64,000 bases of DNA from Octopus vulgaris (Eukaryota). Below the pieces are notes generated by a model that saw only the letters and a list, made by a program, of their open reading frames with translations, was not told the DNA's origin and did not search any database. The translations under genes were made by a program, and so were the position numbers. The DNA is taken from positions 79,174,001 through 79,238,000 of the forward strand of contig OX597830.1 in assembly GCA_951406725.2 (NCBI GenBank). The letters are read 5' to 3'. Shown piece by piece: positions 12,515-26,200 of the stretch; the stretch's first letter is position 1, and each line of letters opens with the position of its first letter.

Positions 12515-12901
12515 TCTCTCTTTATATAAAGCTGAAGTTGTCTGTGTGTGGCAGGTTTTGGTAGCCTTCAACTAAGACTATCTCCTCCGAGACCCTGCGG
12601 CGCAAGTTGACCAAAATTGAGAGTATGATAGAAAAAGGCTTGCTCTTCCTTCCGTAGAAGATAAAATTCAAATATGTTAAGGCCAAAAATTATTTACGTC
12701 AAAAAGGTGCTTTTTTTCTAAGAAAATCCCTACTTTTTACAATTTTTTGACTGCTGTGTCGCCAATTTTCGGTGTATTTCAACCAGAAAAATGTTCACTT
12801 AAAGAGAATAACAAGCTACATAATACAACATTTTTACTTTTCAAAAATTCCAATTCTAAAGGGTCGAAACAAACCCGAGCAACGCCGGGCGATACTGCTA
12901 G
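12515..12901 (+). mobile_element. Non-autonomous Helitron, family B
   Basis: A|TCTCTCTTTATATAAAG ... CCCGAGCAACGCCGGG hairpin, CTAG|T. Second copy at 43308-43687. Confidence 0.85.
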
Positions 12902-13493
12902 TTTATATATAAAATGTTTTTGAACTCTTCGCTGATATAGAGAACTGTGTGAGTGGTTAGATGGGCAATGGATATTTGGTTAGGCTGCATATTGTTTCCA
13001 TATATAAAAAAAAAAACCAAGTCACCATATAAAGTTTTCACTGAATCCCATTTATTTTCATAAAGACATTACAGAGACTATTTAATCGAGAATGTTAAGC
13101 TGAATGTCAAGAGTATGTCTGTGTGTTGAGAGAGAGGTTAGAAAATAAGTTTTCAAATCTGATGAGATGCTCTTTTAACCGAGAATATCTCTAACGAACT
13201 CTGCCAAATATCTCTCCTCTCTTGGTATATCTCTCCCGCGCATGTTAATTTTATGACCATATTTTGGCGAGAAACTACGTGGAAATTTCCATTCAAATAA
13301 CGCGATCCCACGAATGCGCCTGTTACATGACTGGTTGAAGTACAGGGAAAAATCTCCTGACATATATTGCTTTTATTATTTTTTTTTCTTGGTTTTTCTT
13401 GTTACTCAGTTATTAGAGTTTCAAATTCCAAGTGTCATTACAGAACGAAAGAATTATTGTTTTTAAATCGAGAAACATTTTTTATTAATTAAC

Positions 13494-13880
13494 GGTGTGC
13501 TGACAGAAACGTTAGCACGCCGGGCGAGCGGTATTTCGTCTGCCGTTACGTTCTGGGTTCAAATTCCGCCGAGGTCGACTTTGCCATACATCCTTTCGGG
13601 GTCGATAAATTAAGTACCAGTTACGCACGTGGGTCAATATAATCGACTTAATCCGTTTGTTTGTCCTTGTTTGTCCTCTCTGTGTTTAGCCCCTTGTGGG
13701 TAGTAAAGAAATAGGTATTTCGTTCGTTTTTATGTTCTGAGTTCAAATTCCGCCGAGGTCGACTTTTTGCCTTTCATTCTTTCAGGGTCGATAAATAAAG
13801 TACCAGTTTCCCACTGGGGGTCGATGTCATCGACTTACCCCTCTCCCGAAATTGCTGACCTTGTGTCAAAATTTGAAATC
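13494..13880 (+). mobile_element. SINE with Nin-like central domain (two nested or tandem parts)
   Basis: GTTCAAATTCCGCCGAGGTCGACTTTGCC..ATCCTTTCGGGGTCGATAAATTAAGTACCAG present twice. Confidence 0.7.
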
Positions 13881-14536
13881 AATATTATTTTACAAATTTA
13901 CATCAAAGGGGTTTACAAGTTATCAACGATTCCACGAAGGGGTCAATATTGGAAGAAATTTGCCAGTCCTTGGCATAGAAGCTGACTTTGTGTCGTCTTA
14001 AGGCAATGGCACACTTGGAAGTTTCCCAGGGGCCTCACGGGTTTAAGGGCCCAATCCTGATCTAAGTACTCAGATTGCTTGTTGTCTATGTATAAATAAT
14101 ATAAATATTATAGGACCCAGTATACTGATCTGCCCAAGGGCCTGTATTACTACTAAGATGGCCCTGAGTTACCTCATCGCTAAATCTTCACTTTTCTCTT
14201 TAAAGATGATTGTGGTTTGAGGTGTATTTGGTTACTATTTTTAGCAGGTCTAGCACCAAGTAGAGGTTCCCACACCACCTCCCGTCGTCTCGTCGGCACA
14301 AAAGATAATTTGTCTTTATTTGTCTAAGGTCTTGTGTGTTTCTGTGTATGTGTCTGTGCATTCTCAGTGTTTGTATGTGAGGGTTTGCGTGTGCATGTTT
14401 GCCTTTGTGTATGTGTCTATGTGTGTATTTGTGTGCGTGTGTCTGTGTGTGTGTCTGTGTGTATCTGTGTATTGTTTGTATTTGTGGGTTGTGTGTATGT
14501 GACTGTATGCCGTTTATGTCTATGTAAGTCTTTGTG

Positions 14537-14567
<31 letters not shown>

Positions 14568-14692
14568 ATTTGTGAGTATGTATATGCCTTATGTTTGTCT
14601 TCTGTTTGTGAATGCATATATATGCATATGTGCGTTGTTTCTGAATGTGTATGTGTGACTGTGCATGCATGAATGTATGTGTGAGTGTCCGC

Positions 14693-14755
<63 letters not shown>

Positions 14756-15234
14756 TGTTTGTTTGCTTCAGTGTAAGGTAAGAAGACAGCAGAAGGTGCA
14801 GTAAGATGTAAGGGGAACCCATACGGAGCAAAGGTAAAAATAAAAAAACAAAAAAAAATATTCATATGTCTCCCACCACCATTTATTCTTACCTCCGTCC
14901 TTCCCTCCCGCTTTTTTTTTTTTCATTTTCATCCGAACGCTCGATTTGATTGCCAGGGGGCAAACGCAGTTGACGTCTCGTCTCGTTATAGGAAGCCTGT
15001 AATTAATTAAACCTTGTGAGGCAATCATATAACAACAACAACAACAACAACAATAACTATAGCAGCAACAACAACGCCTTTAATAAAGAACAGCACGAGC
15101 CAACGAAGGGGCTTTTTATGTGGTCGCTCATCTTGCTAAAAATAGCAGCCAAATCCCCCCCGCAAATCGCTCCCCTATTGTCTTCAAAATGGATACCTTG
15201 GATTATGTTGTCTAGAGAGAGGATTATTGTAGAT

Positions 15235-15770
15235 TTCAAAAGAAATGGAAAATACTTACGGGCATAAAAAATTGCAGTGAAATCTCTTTCTAAATAATGC
15301 CTAATGTCTCAAAAATTAAAGATATTTTTGAATAGGATTTTCCAGAAAGAATAAATATGGCTTTCTAAAGAATGGAAGTCATTTGTAAATATGAAGAAAT
15401 AGCTGTTAAATCTTTTCCAAAATAATACTTACTGTCTAAAAAAAATGAAGGATATATCTAGAGAGAGTAAATATGATATTCAAAAGAATGAAAGATACTT
15501 GCAGACACGAAGAAATAACAGCTAAATCTCTTACAAAATAGTGCCTACAGTCTCTAAAATGGAGGACATTTTTGAATAGTCTGGTTCAGAGAGAATGAAT
15601 ATGGTTTTCAAAAGAATGGAGAACTTTTGTAGATATGAAGAAATTGCAGTCAAATTTCTTACAAAATAATGTCTACTATCTCAAAAATTAAGGATATTTT
15701 GGATCGTGTGGTCCAGAAATAATTAATATTAAGCAGAAAAGATTGCAAAATACTTGCAGACGTGAAAAAA
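15235..15770. repeat. Degenerate ~120-bp tandem repeat (about 4.5 units)
   Basis: TTC(A/T)AAAGAA(A)TG recurs at ~15235, 15363, 15479 and 15607 with collinear AAATCT..AAAATAAT..GGATATTTT. Confidence 0.7.
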
Positions 15771-16388
15771 AAAGAAAAGAAATAGATAGATAAATAAATA
15801 AATGTCGAGTGAATGAGGGAGAAACTATGTGGTTGCTGGATCTGCTAGTAGTAACAGTAGTCAATTCTCCCTCAAATCTTATCCCTTCTTAAAAAAAGAA
15901 GGACATGTTAGATCGTGTGGTCCTTCAGACACTAGGCGGTGGACAGGGGTTAAAAGAGGAGATGGTCATGACTGAAACACATTTGATTATAGATGACCTA
16001 GGGTTAAACAAAATGTAATAACAAGAACAGAAACTACAACAATAACGTGAAATCGAGCCCCTTGCCGGAAATAACTACGAAATTTCCCAGATTTCACTCC
16101 CTGTCTTCTGGAAAAAAGCGAACGACATATTGGATTATGTATTGTTTGATAGCCTCGAAAATGACAGGATGGTCGTGGATGGAACACGCCTTTGATAATA
16201 TACGTGCTTGGTTAGGGCTCACCTGGGGTTAAACAACAATAATAATAATAAGAGTAACAATAAGAGGAAGGATGCTTCGGCTAAAGTACATGGTTGTTTA
16301 AGAAAGGGGGGGGGAGAGGGATGGAGACAATGTTACATAATAGAGTGGGAGGAGAAAAAGGATTGAGAGACGGAATTAATTGGAAAAA

Positions 16389-16742
16389 TGGTGGCGGGGG
16401 TGGTGGTGGTGGTGGTGGTGGTGGTGGTGGCGGCGGCGGTGGTGGTGGCGTGGTGGTGGCGGCGGCAGTGGTGGTGGTGGCAGCGTGGTGGCGGCGGCAG
16501 TGGTGGTGGTGGTGGTGGCAGCGGCTGCAGCGGCGGTGGCGGCGGTGGTGGTGGTGGTGGTGGTGGTGGATGGCGGTGGTGGTGGATGGCGGTGGTGGTG
16601 GTGGTGGTGGTGGTGGTGGTGGTGGCGGCGGCGGTGGTGGCGTGGTGGTGGCGGCGGCAGGGGTGGAGGTGACGGTGACAGCGGCGGCAGCGGCGGCGGC
16701 GGCGGCGGTGGTGGTGGTGGCAGCGGCGACGGCGGTGGTGGT
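16389..16742. repeat. (GGT/GGC)n tract
   Basis: Direct reading. Confidence 0.9.
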
Positions 16743-16898
16743 GTTCATGATGGGGGAAAAGGAAGGTCTAAAGGTAGGAAGGAATAGAAAGGAGAAAGAA
16801 AGTATGAATAAAAGGAAGAAAGAATGGAAGGGATGGTAGATCAAGAGAAAATAGGGGAAAGAAGAAAAAAAGAAAGCAAATGGGAGGAAGGTAAAGAG

Positions 16899-16956
<58 letters not shown>

Positions 16957-17462
16957 ATAGGAGCACGATTGAGAGAAGGAAGAGGGAGAAAAAAAAAGAA
17001 AGACATAAACACAAACACATTCAAGAACGAAATGCTCTCTCACCATTCATTTACTTCGATGACGTCACAAACCGCCACCCCCACACACACACACAATCCG
17101 CTGAATATAAAGAACTAACATCCATAAGTAATTTCATTAATTTTCTCTTTCTTCCTCCAAACATACCCCGCCTTCCTACTCAGGTGAAGCCATTTGAGAA
17201 CACAACCCACATACACACACACACGTGTATACTCCCACTCAGGCGCACATTCATTTACTCACACGCACGCACACACACACACATACAAACACACACACAC
17301 ACACACGAATGCAAACATGCACATAACACATTCAGGAATCAAATCCACATCCAATAAATACGCACATACATACATACATCCATCCATCCATCCATCCATC
17401 CATCCATACATACATACATACATACATCCATCCATCCATCCATCCATCCATCCATACATACA

Positions 17463-17495
<33 letters not shown>

Positions 17496-17511
17496 GTATA
17501 TGTATATATAT

Positions 17512-17676
17512 TTCTTTACTGCCCACAAGAGGCTAAACACAGAGGGGACAAACAAGGACAGACAAACGGATTAAGTCGATTATATCGACCCCAGTGCGTA
17601 ACTGGTACTTATTTAATCGGCCCCGAAATGATGAAAGGCAAAGTCGACCCCGGCGGAATTTGAACTCAGAACGTAG
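17512..17676 (-). mobile_element. Nin-domain SINE fragment
   Basis: Reverse complement of ~13545-13710. Confidence 0.75.
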
Positions 17677-17749
17677 CCATATGTATATGTATATAGATAT
17701 CAGAAAGGAATAAACAAAGAAGTAAGCAGTTAAGTTATGAACTTCATCG

Positions 17750-17828
17750 GCTTACAGCTGTTTCCGTAATAAGGTGCAATGTACTTCTAGATGTGTACTT
17801 GAGTATCATACTATAGCTTCATCGGAGC
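17750..17828 (-). ncRNA. Hammerhead motif with CCGA core variant
   Basis: Minus strand GCT-CCGATGA..GAAA-CAGCTG-TA-AGC. Palindromic stem III, weak stem II. Confidence 0.45.
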
Positions 17829-18119
17829 TTCAAATATGAAGTGCAATATATTTTGAGAAAACATTTATATTTATATTCACCCAGAACCACGCTAATAGCT
17901 TAGGTTCATCAAGGGTAGCCCTGCTTTCGTCAGTGAATAGAACACAACTCATGTCTAACATTCTAAAGCTATTAGCGTGGTTCACCCAAAATCTAAAGAA
18001 TTTGAAATAAAAAAGAAAGGACGTTGCACAGAATAATGAAAACATAACAAGTAAAAGAGTAATGAGAGAGATGTATAATTCGCTTGCCACTCGTGATGGT
18101 ATTTTAATAATACCATCCC

Positions 18120-18164
<45 letters not shown>

Positions 18165-18168
<4 letters not shown>

Positions 18169-18616
18169 CTGAGAATGTGTGTCTGTCTGTCTATCTGTCT
18201 GTCTGTGTGTTTCCCTAAAACTTGAGAACTACACAACCAATTTCATTCAAATTTTACACATGCCATACTTAGGGTCCATGTAGTTTCATGGGCAAAAAAA
18301 AATGTTCAACCGCTTGCCTAGGGTGAGCCCATAGCAATATCATATCTTCTCCACTTTTTCAGTATTACATGTTAAAAGTGAAACAAAAACATCTCTCTAT
18401 TTTATGTCAGATACTTTCACTTTACCAATAAAAATTAGAGATAATAATAGCAATTGAATTATACGTAGTAAGTAATAATTAAAATCAAACAAAAGTATGA
18501 TATAATAATTAAATCGTAACATTGCATCAATGACTTGAACTCGAATCAGTGGTTTCACATGAATGGGAATAAATAAAAAATAAAATTTAAGTGCAGAAAT
18601 GGAATAGTCCAGATGG
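18165..18616 (+). mobile_element. 3'-truncated Helitron family A copy
   Basis: Matches 1-585 and 29655-30240. Confidence 0.75.
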
Positions 18617-18779
18617 AGGTGTGCACGGCTTTTACATTAGATTATTTGCTAATTAGCTAGCATTAAGTATCTATATGAAGTTTGGCTGTACGAAAGATGC
18701 TTCTACTGAGTACCACTGTTGGTTTATTTCTGATCCATAAAGGCTATAGCTTCAACAGAGTACTGCTTTTTTGTTTACC

Positions 18780-20719
18780 GTAAGCAGTAGTCAATCTGGA
18801 CGGAACTCCGAAAAGGGAAATCCAGTTTGAAACGAAGGCTCGCGCAACAGTCTCAGCAGAAATGTCTGCTATCGGAATGGCTTCCGGCCAGCGGGAGAAA
18901 CGATCGACACAAGTTAACAGATAAGAAAACCCGCGACTCACAGGCCATGGTCCAACCAGATCGATGTGGACATGGCGAAAACGGGCCTCCATAGGGGGGA
19001 AATGTCCATGCGGGGCACGAACGTGCCGTTGAATCTTGGACCGTTGACACTTGGAGCAGGTGCGTGTCCAAGAAGTAATAGTGCGACGCATATTCGGCCA
19101 GAAAAACCGAGCAGTGATCAGCTTAAGGGTGGCAGCGATGCCAGGATGTGATAAGGAGTGCAGTGCTTCAAACACTGAGCGTTGATGATTCTCAGGCACG
19201 AGTGGCCTGGGAGAACCAGTGGAAGTATCACAAAGAATGGTGCCTTCGGCTGACGGAAGCGGAAGGCAGGAAAACTGGCAACAGGAGGAACGTTCTCCTT
19301 TCCAGGTATGTGTCGAATGTTACTAGTGAATTGAGAAATAAAATCCAGGTGCCGGAAAGCACGAGGCGAGAGTTTGTCCGTTTTTGAACACAGGGCAAAC
19401 GTAAGGGGCTTGTGATCCGTATAGATCACAAAATCTCGCCCTTCAAGTTGATGCTGGAAATGACGAACCGATAGATAGATCGCTAGGAGCTCACGATCAA
19501 AGGTGCTGTATCGTCGTTCAGCTTGTTGAAGTTGGCGGGAAAAGAAAGCCAGAGGTCGAAGACGATCATTCACTGTGTGTTGTAACACAGCGCCAATCGC
19601 AGTGTCCGATGCGTCTACAGTCAAAGAGAGAGAAGCACCAGGAACCGGATGTGCAAGCAAAGAAACAAAAGCCAGCTCTTTCTTAATGGACTCAAAGGCT
19701 GTCAGTGCCTCAACAGAGAGGGTGACTTGACCGTCCTTTCTAGGAGTGTCCTTTAATAGCCTGGTGAGAGGAAGTAGCTTATCTGCACAACCGGGAATAA
19801 AACGTCTGTAGAAATTGATCATCCCTAGATAATGCCTGAGCTGGCGCAAGGAAGTGGGAGGTGCGATGCGTTGAATGACATCGACCTTTGACGACAGAGG
19901 GCTGATTCCACTCGAATCAATATGATGGCCTAGAAAATCTAGAGAAGAGCGTCCGAAAACACACTTGTCGGGATTTATACGTATACTATAAGCGCGAAGA
20001 CGCTGAAAAAGCTGAGAAAGGTGCTGGAGATGATTTTCACGTGTGTCGCTCGCAATGAGTATATCATCGACATAGGCAAACACAAAATCAAGATCGCGGA
20101 CAACCTCATCAATGAATCGCTGGAAAGTGCTGGTAGCATTCCGCAAACCGAAACTCATATACAAAAACTCAAAACACCCAAAGTGGGTAGTGATCGCAGT
20201 TTTCGGAACGTCGGCTGGGTTGACCGGTATTTGATGGTACGCGCGTATAAGGTCGACCTTCGAAAAAATGGTACAACCATGGAGATTTGCCGTAAAGTCC
20301 TGTAGATTTCTGATTGGATACCTGTCGGCTATTGTTACGGCATTGAGGCGTCGATAGTCTCCTACCGGGCGAAAATCAGACTCGCCCTTTCGCGCCAAAT
20401 GAAGGGGAGACGCCCATGGGCTGGTGGAGGGGCATATAAGGCCAAGTTGAAGCATGTGCTCAAACTCGGCCCGAGCCGTTTTTAGTCGGTCAGGCGCAAG
20501 GTTCGATGTGTCCGCTGCTAAGTCGATGCGTAGTTCTCAGAGACTTCTAATGCACACGTCTGTTCACGAGCGCTGTTGGGGCCAGAGAGAGTGAGTGAGT
20601 GGACTGTGCCTTAGGGATCAATTTCCTGCACATGCGCATGGGGAAGACTTCCGGTGGCCACACGGAAGTAGTCCCATTCTGCGCATGCGCGCTGAACCTT
20701 ACACAGTAGCATCACTACA
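18780..20719 (-). mobile_element. Deleted Ty3/Gypsy LTR retrotransposon: partial LTR plus RT-RNaseH-integrase
   Basis: ORF 19118-20455: SPWASP, DYRRLN, FGLRNA, YVDD, DAS, YSTFDRELLA, TDHKPL. Integrase ORF 18744-19199: HPGI..CxxC, HIDLVGP, DRFSRW. TGTAGTGA LTR-like start at 20719. gag/protease and the 3' end are missing. Confidence 0.9.
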
Positions 20720-22710
20720 GATACTATAAGTGTTTAAGCTGCGGATACATATTCGATAGTAACGTGATGTGGAGTCGTCCCCAATATTAGTATGTATTCG
20801 TGTATTGCCATTTTCTTTTAACGAATTATCCGTCTACATCTGATAGCTTTTGTTTGTAGATAGTCTTATGATTAGAAGAAGCGCATAAGTTTGAGACAGC
20901 AGATATGAAGGATTTAGCAATTACATAAGTTGACTCGTACTGGAAGGTTTTCTTCGATTTGATATTGGTTGTGATAATATAGAAATCTCTTCTTATGAAA
21001 TATGATAACTATGGCTTACGAATTAATGTTTACTGGGTAGCTTTAGGAAAATCTTGACGGCAATGGTATCTACATTTATACTATAATGTGTATTATATCA
21101 TGTAATATTCCTTGTGCTATTTTGACGTTTATGAATATTAGTGATGTTCTCTATATAATATCAAGTTATGCTGTTCCTATTAAAATCACCTAATGTTTCT
21201 AGAATAAATAGGATGATGGAGTGAATTTACATAATTATATAGGAAAATCTACTTATGCCTACTGCAAAGGAAATGCTTACTTGTAACTATGCATAGACAT
21301 ATACATAGGAAATAATTATGTACCTTTGTACCTGCAAAGAACAGCCTTCTTTAATATATTGAGGAATAACAGCTTCTATGGAACAGCCATTCATATTCCC
21401 CCATCAGGTTTGTAACTTGCGGAACAAAGTATTTTGAGAAGTAATCCTAAAACAAATGACATCTTTATGTACAATACACTACTCGTATATCAATGTATTC
21501 CAAATATTTTCCTTGAGGTATTGACAAGCTGTTTTTTGAATTCAGTATTAAAACTAATTGAAATCGATTTAAATTCGTATAAAACATGCATGCTGTTTTT
21601 TGGATGGAAGAAAATATGAATTTTTGTCGACGAGGTCAGAACCATAGTAGAGGAGTACTTTTCGTCACGGAGAAGTGAATTTTGGAAGAGAGGCCTTGGT
21701 GAACATTGCAGAAAATGAAGGAAATTATAATGGACACTGGTTATAATGGACATAGGTTCGTGTGTTACATAGCTAGCTAGAGGCGATGGCCTCTGGGAGC
21801 TAATCAACGGCAGCATTCATCCTATTTTCCGGGACTACCATGTTAACTTGGTGATAATTATTAATATCCAGTACCACTGCCGTAGTCTCCTTTAGAGAGA
21901 TTTCGAAATATTAATATTTCTATTGAAGGAAATTATATTTTAGGTTAAAAACGAACTTCAACACAATTAAGAGGACTTTTCGTCGGTGTGACTGAAATCA
22001 AGGTATGCCCTCTGGGTACTAAAAATTGTATGGCACAAAAATTCCGTTTGGAACTGCATTTGAAAATATGACTTTCTGACTCCCTTTCTAAAGCAGCTAG
22101 AAATAGCTTCCCCTTGATTCACTGTTACGTATGTTAAACCTATCTCTTTTCGACAGAATACTCACCCTTATGGACCCCTCGCTCGATATGATGTTCCAGT
22201 AGCTGGGACGATCTAGAAACAGCAGTAAATGTCTATCTAAATCTTCTAATATGGACCTATATTATACAGCCTTGTCAAGTCTTGTTAGTCTGTTTGCCTT
22301 TACATTTCTAGTTTAATCTGTGTGTGTGTGTATATATATATATTACAAAATTAGAAAATTATATATTATATCTTATATTTTATATTTCTATTTCCTTGTC
22401 TAATTATATTTACAATATATTTTGTATAATGCCTTTGCTGTTATGTAATGGTGTAATAAAGTATTGATTGGGTATCATCTGATGGTTGATGTTTGATTGA
22501 TTTAAGTATGTTTCTCCATTTTCTAATTTTGTAGTATTAATTTACGGTAATATTTTTACCTTTGCCCACATAATACAGTAGATGAATTAATTGCATGGCA
22601 AATTTTAACATTTATGTATTAGTCTTGTTGGGTACCTCTCTAGCTGTATATTGGATATATGTTATCCCATGGTGGGTTGAATTTTCAACCCCTATCTCAT
22701 TTTATAACCG

Positions 22711-22750
<40 letters not shown>

Positions 22751-22837
22751 CTTTGGTTTCAGTCCGAGGACTGCAGCCATGTATGTATGTGTATATGCGT
22801 ATCTCTCTCTCTCTCTCACTCTCTCTCTCTCTCTCAC

Positions 22838-22868
<31 letters not shown>

Positions 22869-23262
22869 ATCTATCTATTTGTCTATCTATATTAATATAT
22901 ATGAAACAGTAACACAAATAAAGTAGCGGGTGATGCTATAAAAAGACAAAACGATCAGGACAGTAATAAGTAGCAATAAGAGAGTAAATAATTAAAAACC
23001 CAAATTAAATACATAATACATGGAACTTTGATATCTTTCTCTTCTTTTTCCTCGTCCACTTTCTCTCTCTTCTCCCCTCCCTTTCTTTCCCTGTCTACTC
23101 TCACTTTTGATACCACCTTTCTCTCCTAGGTCACTTGGGAAACTATTGGTGATCAGCAAAATTAATAAGGAAAACAAATTATTCTTCTAACGCCCTAGCT
23201 GCAAACAAATTATGAGAATATTGGGTAAAATAAATAACTTAACGACTTATTGAGAATATTTA

Positions 23263-26200
23263 CCTAGGATCTCGTTCGGGACTTCTCTTTGATCTTTTTA
23301 GGCACATTCTTTGATCTTTGTCGGCACACTCTTCGATCTCTGTCGGCACATACTTTGATCTCTGTAGGCACTGTCTTTGATCTTTGTCGACACCGTCTTT
23401 GATCTCTGTCGGCACCATCTTTGATCTCTGTCGACACCGTCTTTGATCTCTGACATTCCTGACATTCCTGACATTCCTGACATTCCAGACATTCCAGACA
23501 TTCCTGACATTCTTGACATTCCTGACATTCCAGAAATTCCAGACATTCCTGACATTCCAGACATTCATGACATTCCAGACATTCCAGGCATTTCAGACAT
23601 TCCTGACATTCCTGAAATTCCTGACATTCCAGACATTCCAGTTCAAACTGGATCAAGCCTGATCTAATCGGTTCAAATGTCAGGAATGCCAGGAATGTCA
23701 GGAATGTCTGGAATGTCAGGAATGTCTGGAATGTCAGGAATGTCTGGAATGTCAGGAATGTCTGGAATGTCTGGAATGTCTGGAATCTCAGGAATGTTTG
23801 ATCTGGTTTGAACCGGTTTGATCCGGTTTGAACCGGTTAGATCCGGTTTGAATCGGTTTGATCCGGTTTGTACCGGTTTGTCGGCACACTATTTGATCTC
23901 TGTCGGCACCGTCTTTGATCTCTGACATTTCACACATTCCAAACTTTGATCTCTTTCGGCACCCTATTTGATCTTTTTCGGCACCCTCTTTGATCTTTGT
24001 CGGCACTCCTCTTTGATCTTAGTCGGCACTCATCTTTGATCTCTTTCGGCACCCTCTTTGATCTTTTTCGGCACCCCCTTTGATCTTTGTCGACACTGCT
24101 CTTTGATCTCTTTCGGCTCCCTCTTTGATCTTTTTCGGCACCCTCTTTGATCTCTTTCGGCACCCTATTTGATCTTTTTCGGCACCCTCTTTGATCTTTG
24201 TCGGCACTCCTCTTTGATCTTAGTCGGCACTCCTCTTTGATCTCTTTCGGCACCCTCTTTGATCTTTTTCGGCACCCCCTTTGATCTTTGTCGACACTGC
24301 TCTTTGATCTCTTTCGGCTCCCTCTTTGATCTTTTTCGGCACCCTCTTTGATCTCTTTCGGCACCCTATTTGATCTTTTTCGGCACCCCCTTTGATCTTT
24401 GTCGGCACTGCTCTTTGATCTCTTTCGGCTCCCTCTTTGATCTTTTTCGGCACCCCCTTTGATCTTTGTCGGCACTCCTCTTTGATCTCTTTCGGCACCC
24501 TCTTTGATCTTTTTCGGCACCCCCTTTGATCTTTGTCGGCACTGCTCTTTGATCTCTTTCGGCTCCCTCTTTGATCTTTTTCGGCACCCCCTTTGATCTT
24601 TGTCGGCACTGCTCTTTGATCTCTTTCGGCTCCCTCTTTGATCTTTTTCGGCACCCTCTTTGATATTTTTCGGCACCCTCTTTCATCTTTGTCGGCACTC
24701 CTCTTTGATCTCTTTCGGCACCCTCTTTGATCTTTTTCGGCACCCCCTTTGATCTTTGTCGGCACTGCTCTTTGATCTCTTTCGGCTCCTCTTTGATCTT
24801 TTTCGGCACCCTCTTTGATCTCTTTCGGCACCCTATTTGATCTTTTTCGGCACCCTCTTTGATCTTTGTCGGCACTCTCTTTGATCTATTTCGGCACCCT
24901 CTTTGATCTTTTTCGGCACCCCCTTTGATCTTTGTCGGCACTCCTCTTTGATCTCTTTCGGCACCATCTTTGATCTTTTCGGCACCCCCTTTGATCTTTG
25001 TCGGCACTGCTCTTTGATCTCTTTCGGCTCCTTCTTTGATCTTTTTCGGCACTCCTCTTTGATCTTTGTCGGCACTCCTCTTTGATCTCTTTCGGCACCC
25101 TCTTTGATCTTTTTCGGCACCCCCTTTGATCTTTGTCGGCACTGCTCTTTGATCTCTTTCGGCTCCCTCTTTGATCTTTTTCGGCACTCCTCTTTGATCT
25201 TTGTCGGCACTCCTCTTTGATCTCTTTCGGCACCCTCTTTGATCTTTTTCGGCACACCCTTTGATCTTTGTCGGCACTGCTCTTTGATCTCTTTCGGCTC
25301 CCTCTTTGATCTTTTTCGGCACCCTCTTTGATATTTTTCGGCACCCTCTTTCATCTTTGTCGGCACTCCTCTTTGATCTCTTTCGGCACTCTCTTTGATC
25401 TTTTTCGGCACCCCCTTTGATCTTTGTCGGCACTGCTCTTTGATCTCTTTCGGCTCCCTCTTTGATCTTTTTCGGCACCCTCTTTGATCTCTTTCGGCAC
25501 CCTATTTGATCTTTTTCGGCACCCCCTTTGATCTTTGTCGGCACTGCTCTTTGATCTCTTTCGGCTCCCTCTTTGATCTTTTTCGGCACTCCTCTTTGAT
25601 CTTTGTCGGCACTCCTCTTTGATCTCTTTCGGCACCCTCTTTGATCTTTTTCGGCACACCCCTTTGATCTTTGTCGGCACTGCTCTTTGATCTCTTTCGG
25701 CTCCCTCTTTGATCTTTTTCGGCACCCTCTTTGATCTCTTTCGGCACCCTATTTGTTCTTTTTTCGGCACCCTCTTTGATCTTTGTCGGCACTCCTCTTT
25801 GATCTTAGTCGGCACTCCTCTTTGATCTCTTTCGGCACCCTCTTTGATCTTTTTCGGCACCCCCTTTGATCTTTGTCGACACTGCTCTTTGATCTCTTTC
25901 GGCTCCCTCTTTGATCTTTTTCGGCACCCTCTTTGATCTCTTTCGGCACCCTATTTGATCTTTTTCGGCACCCCCTTTGATCTTTGTCGGCACTGCTCTT
26001 TGATCTCTTTCGGCTCCTCTTTGATCTTTTTCGGCACCCCCTTTGATCTTTGTCGGCACTCCTCTTTGATCTCTTTCGGCACCCTCTTTGATCTTTTTCG
26101 GCACCCCCTTTGATCTTTGTCGGCACTGCTCTTTGATCTCTTTCGGCTCCCTCTTTGATCTTTTTCGGCACCCCTTTTGATCTTTGTCGGCACTGCTCTT

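Noticed and set aside
13160-13200. Other CTGANGA hits (4865, 13160, 35070, 55641, 62367)
   Set aside because: No correctly placed GAAA-stem III-NUH or stem I pairing.
20720-22250. Non-repetitive AT-rich segment that could be decayed viral or transposon coding sequence
   Set aside because: No sustained ORF or recognisable motif.
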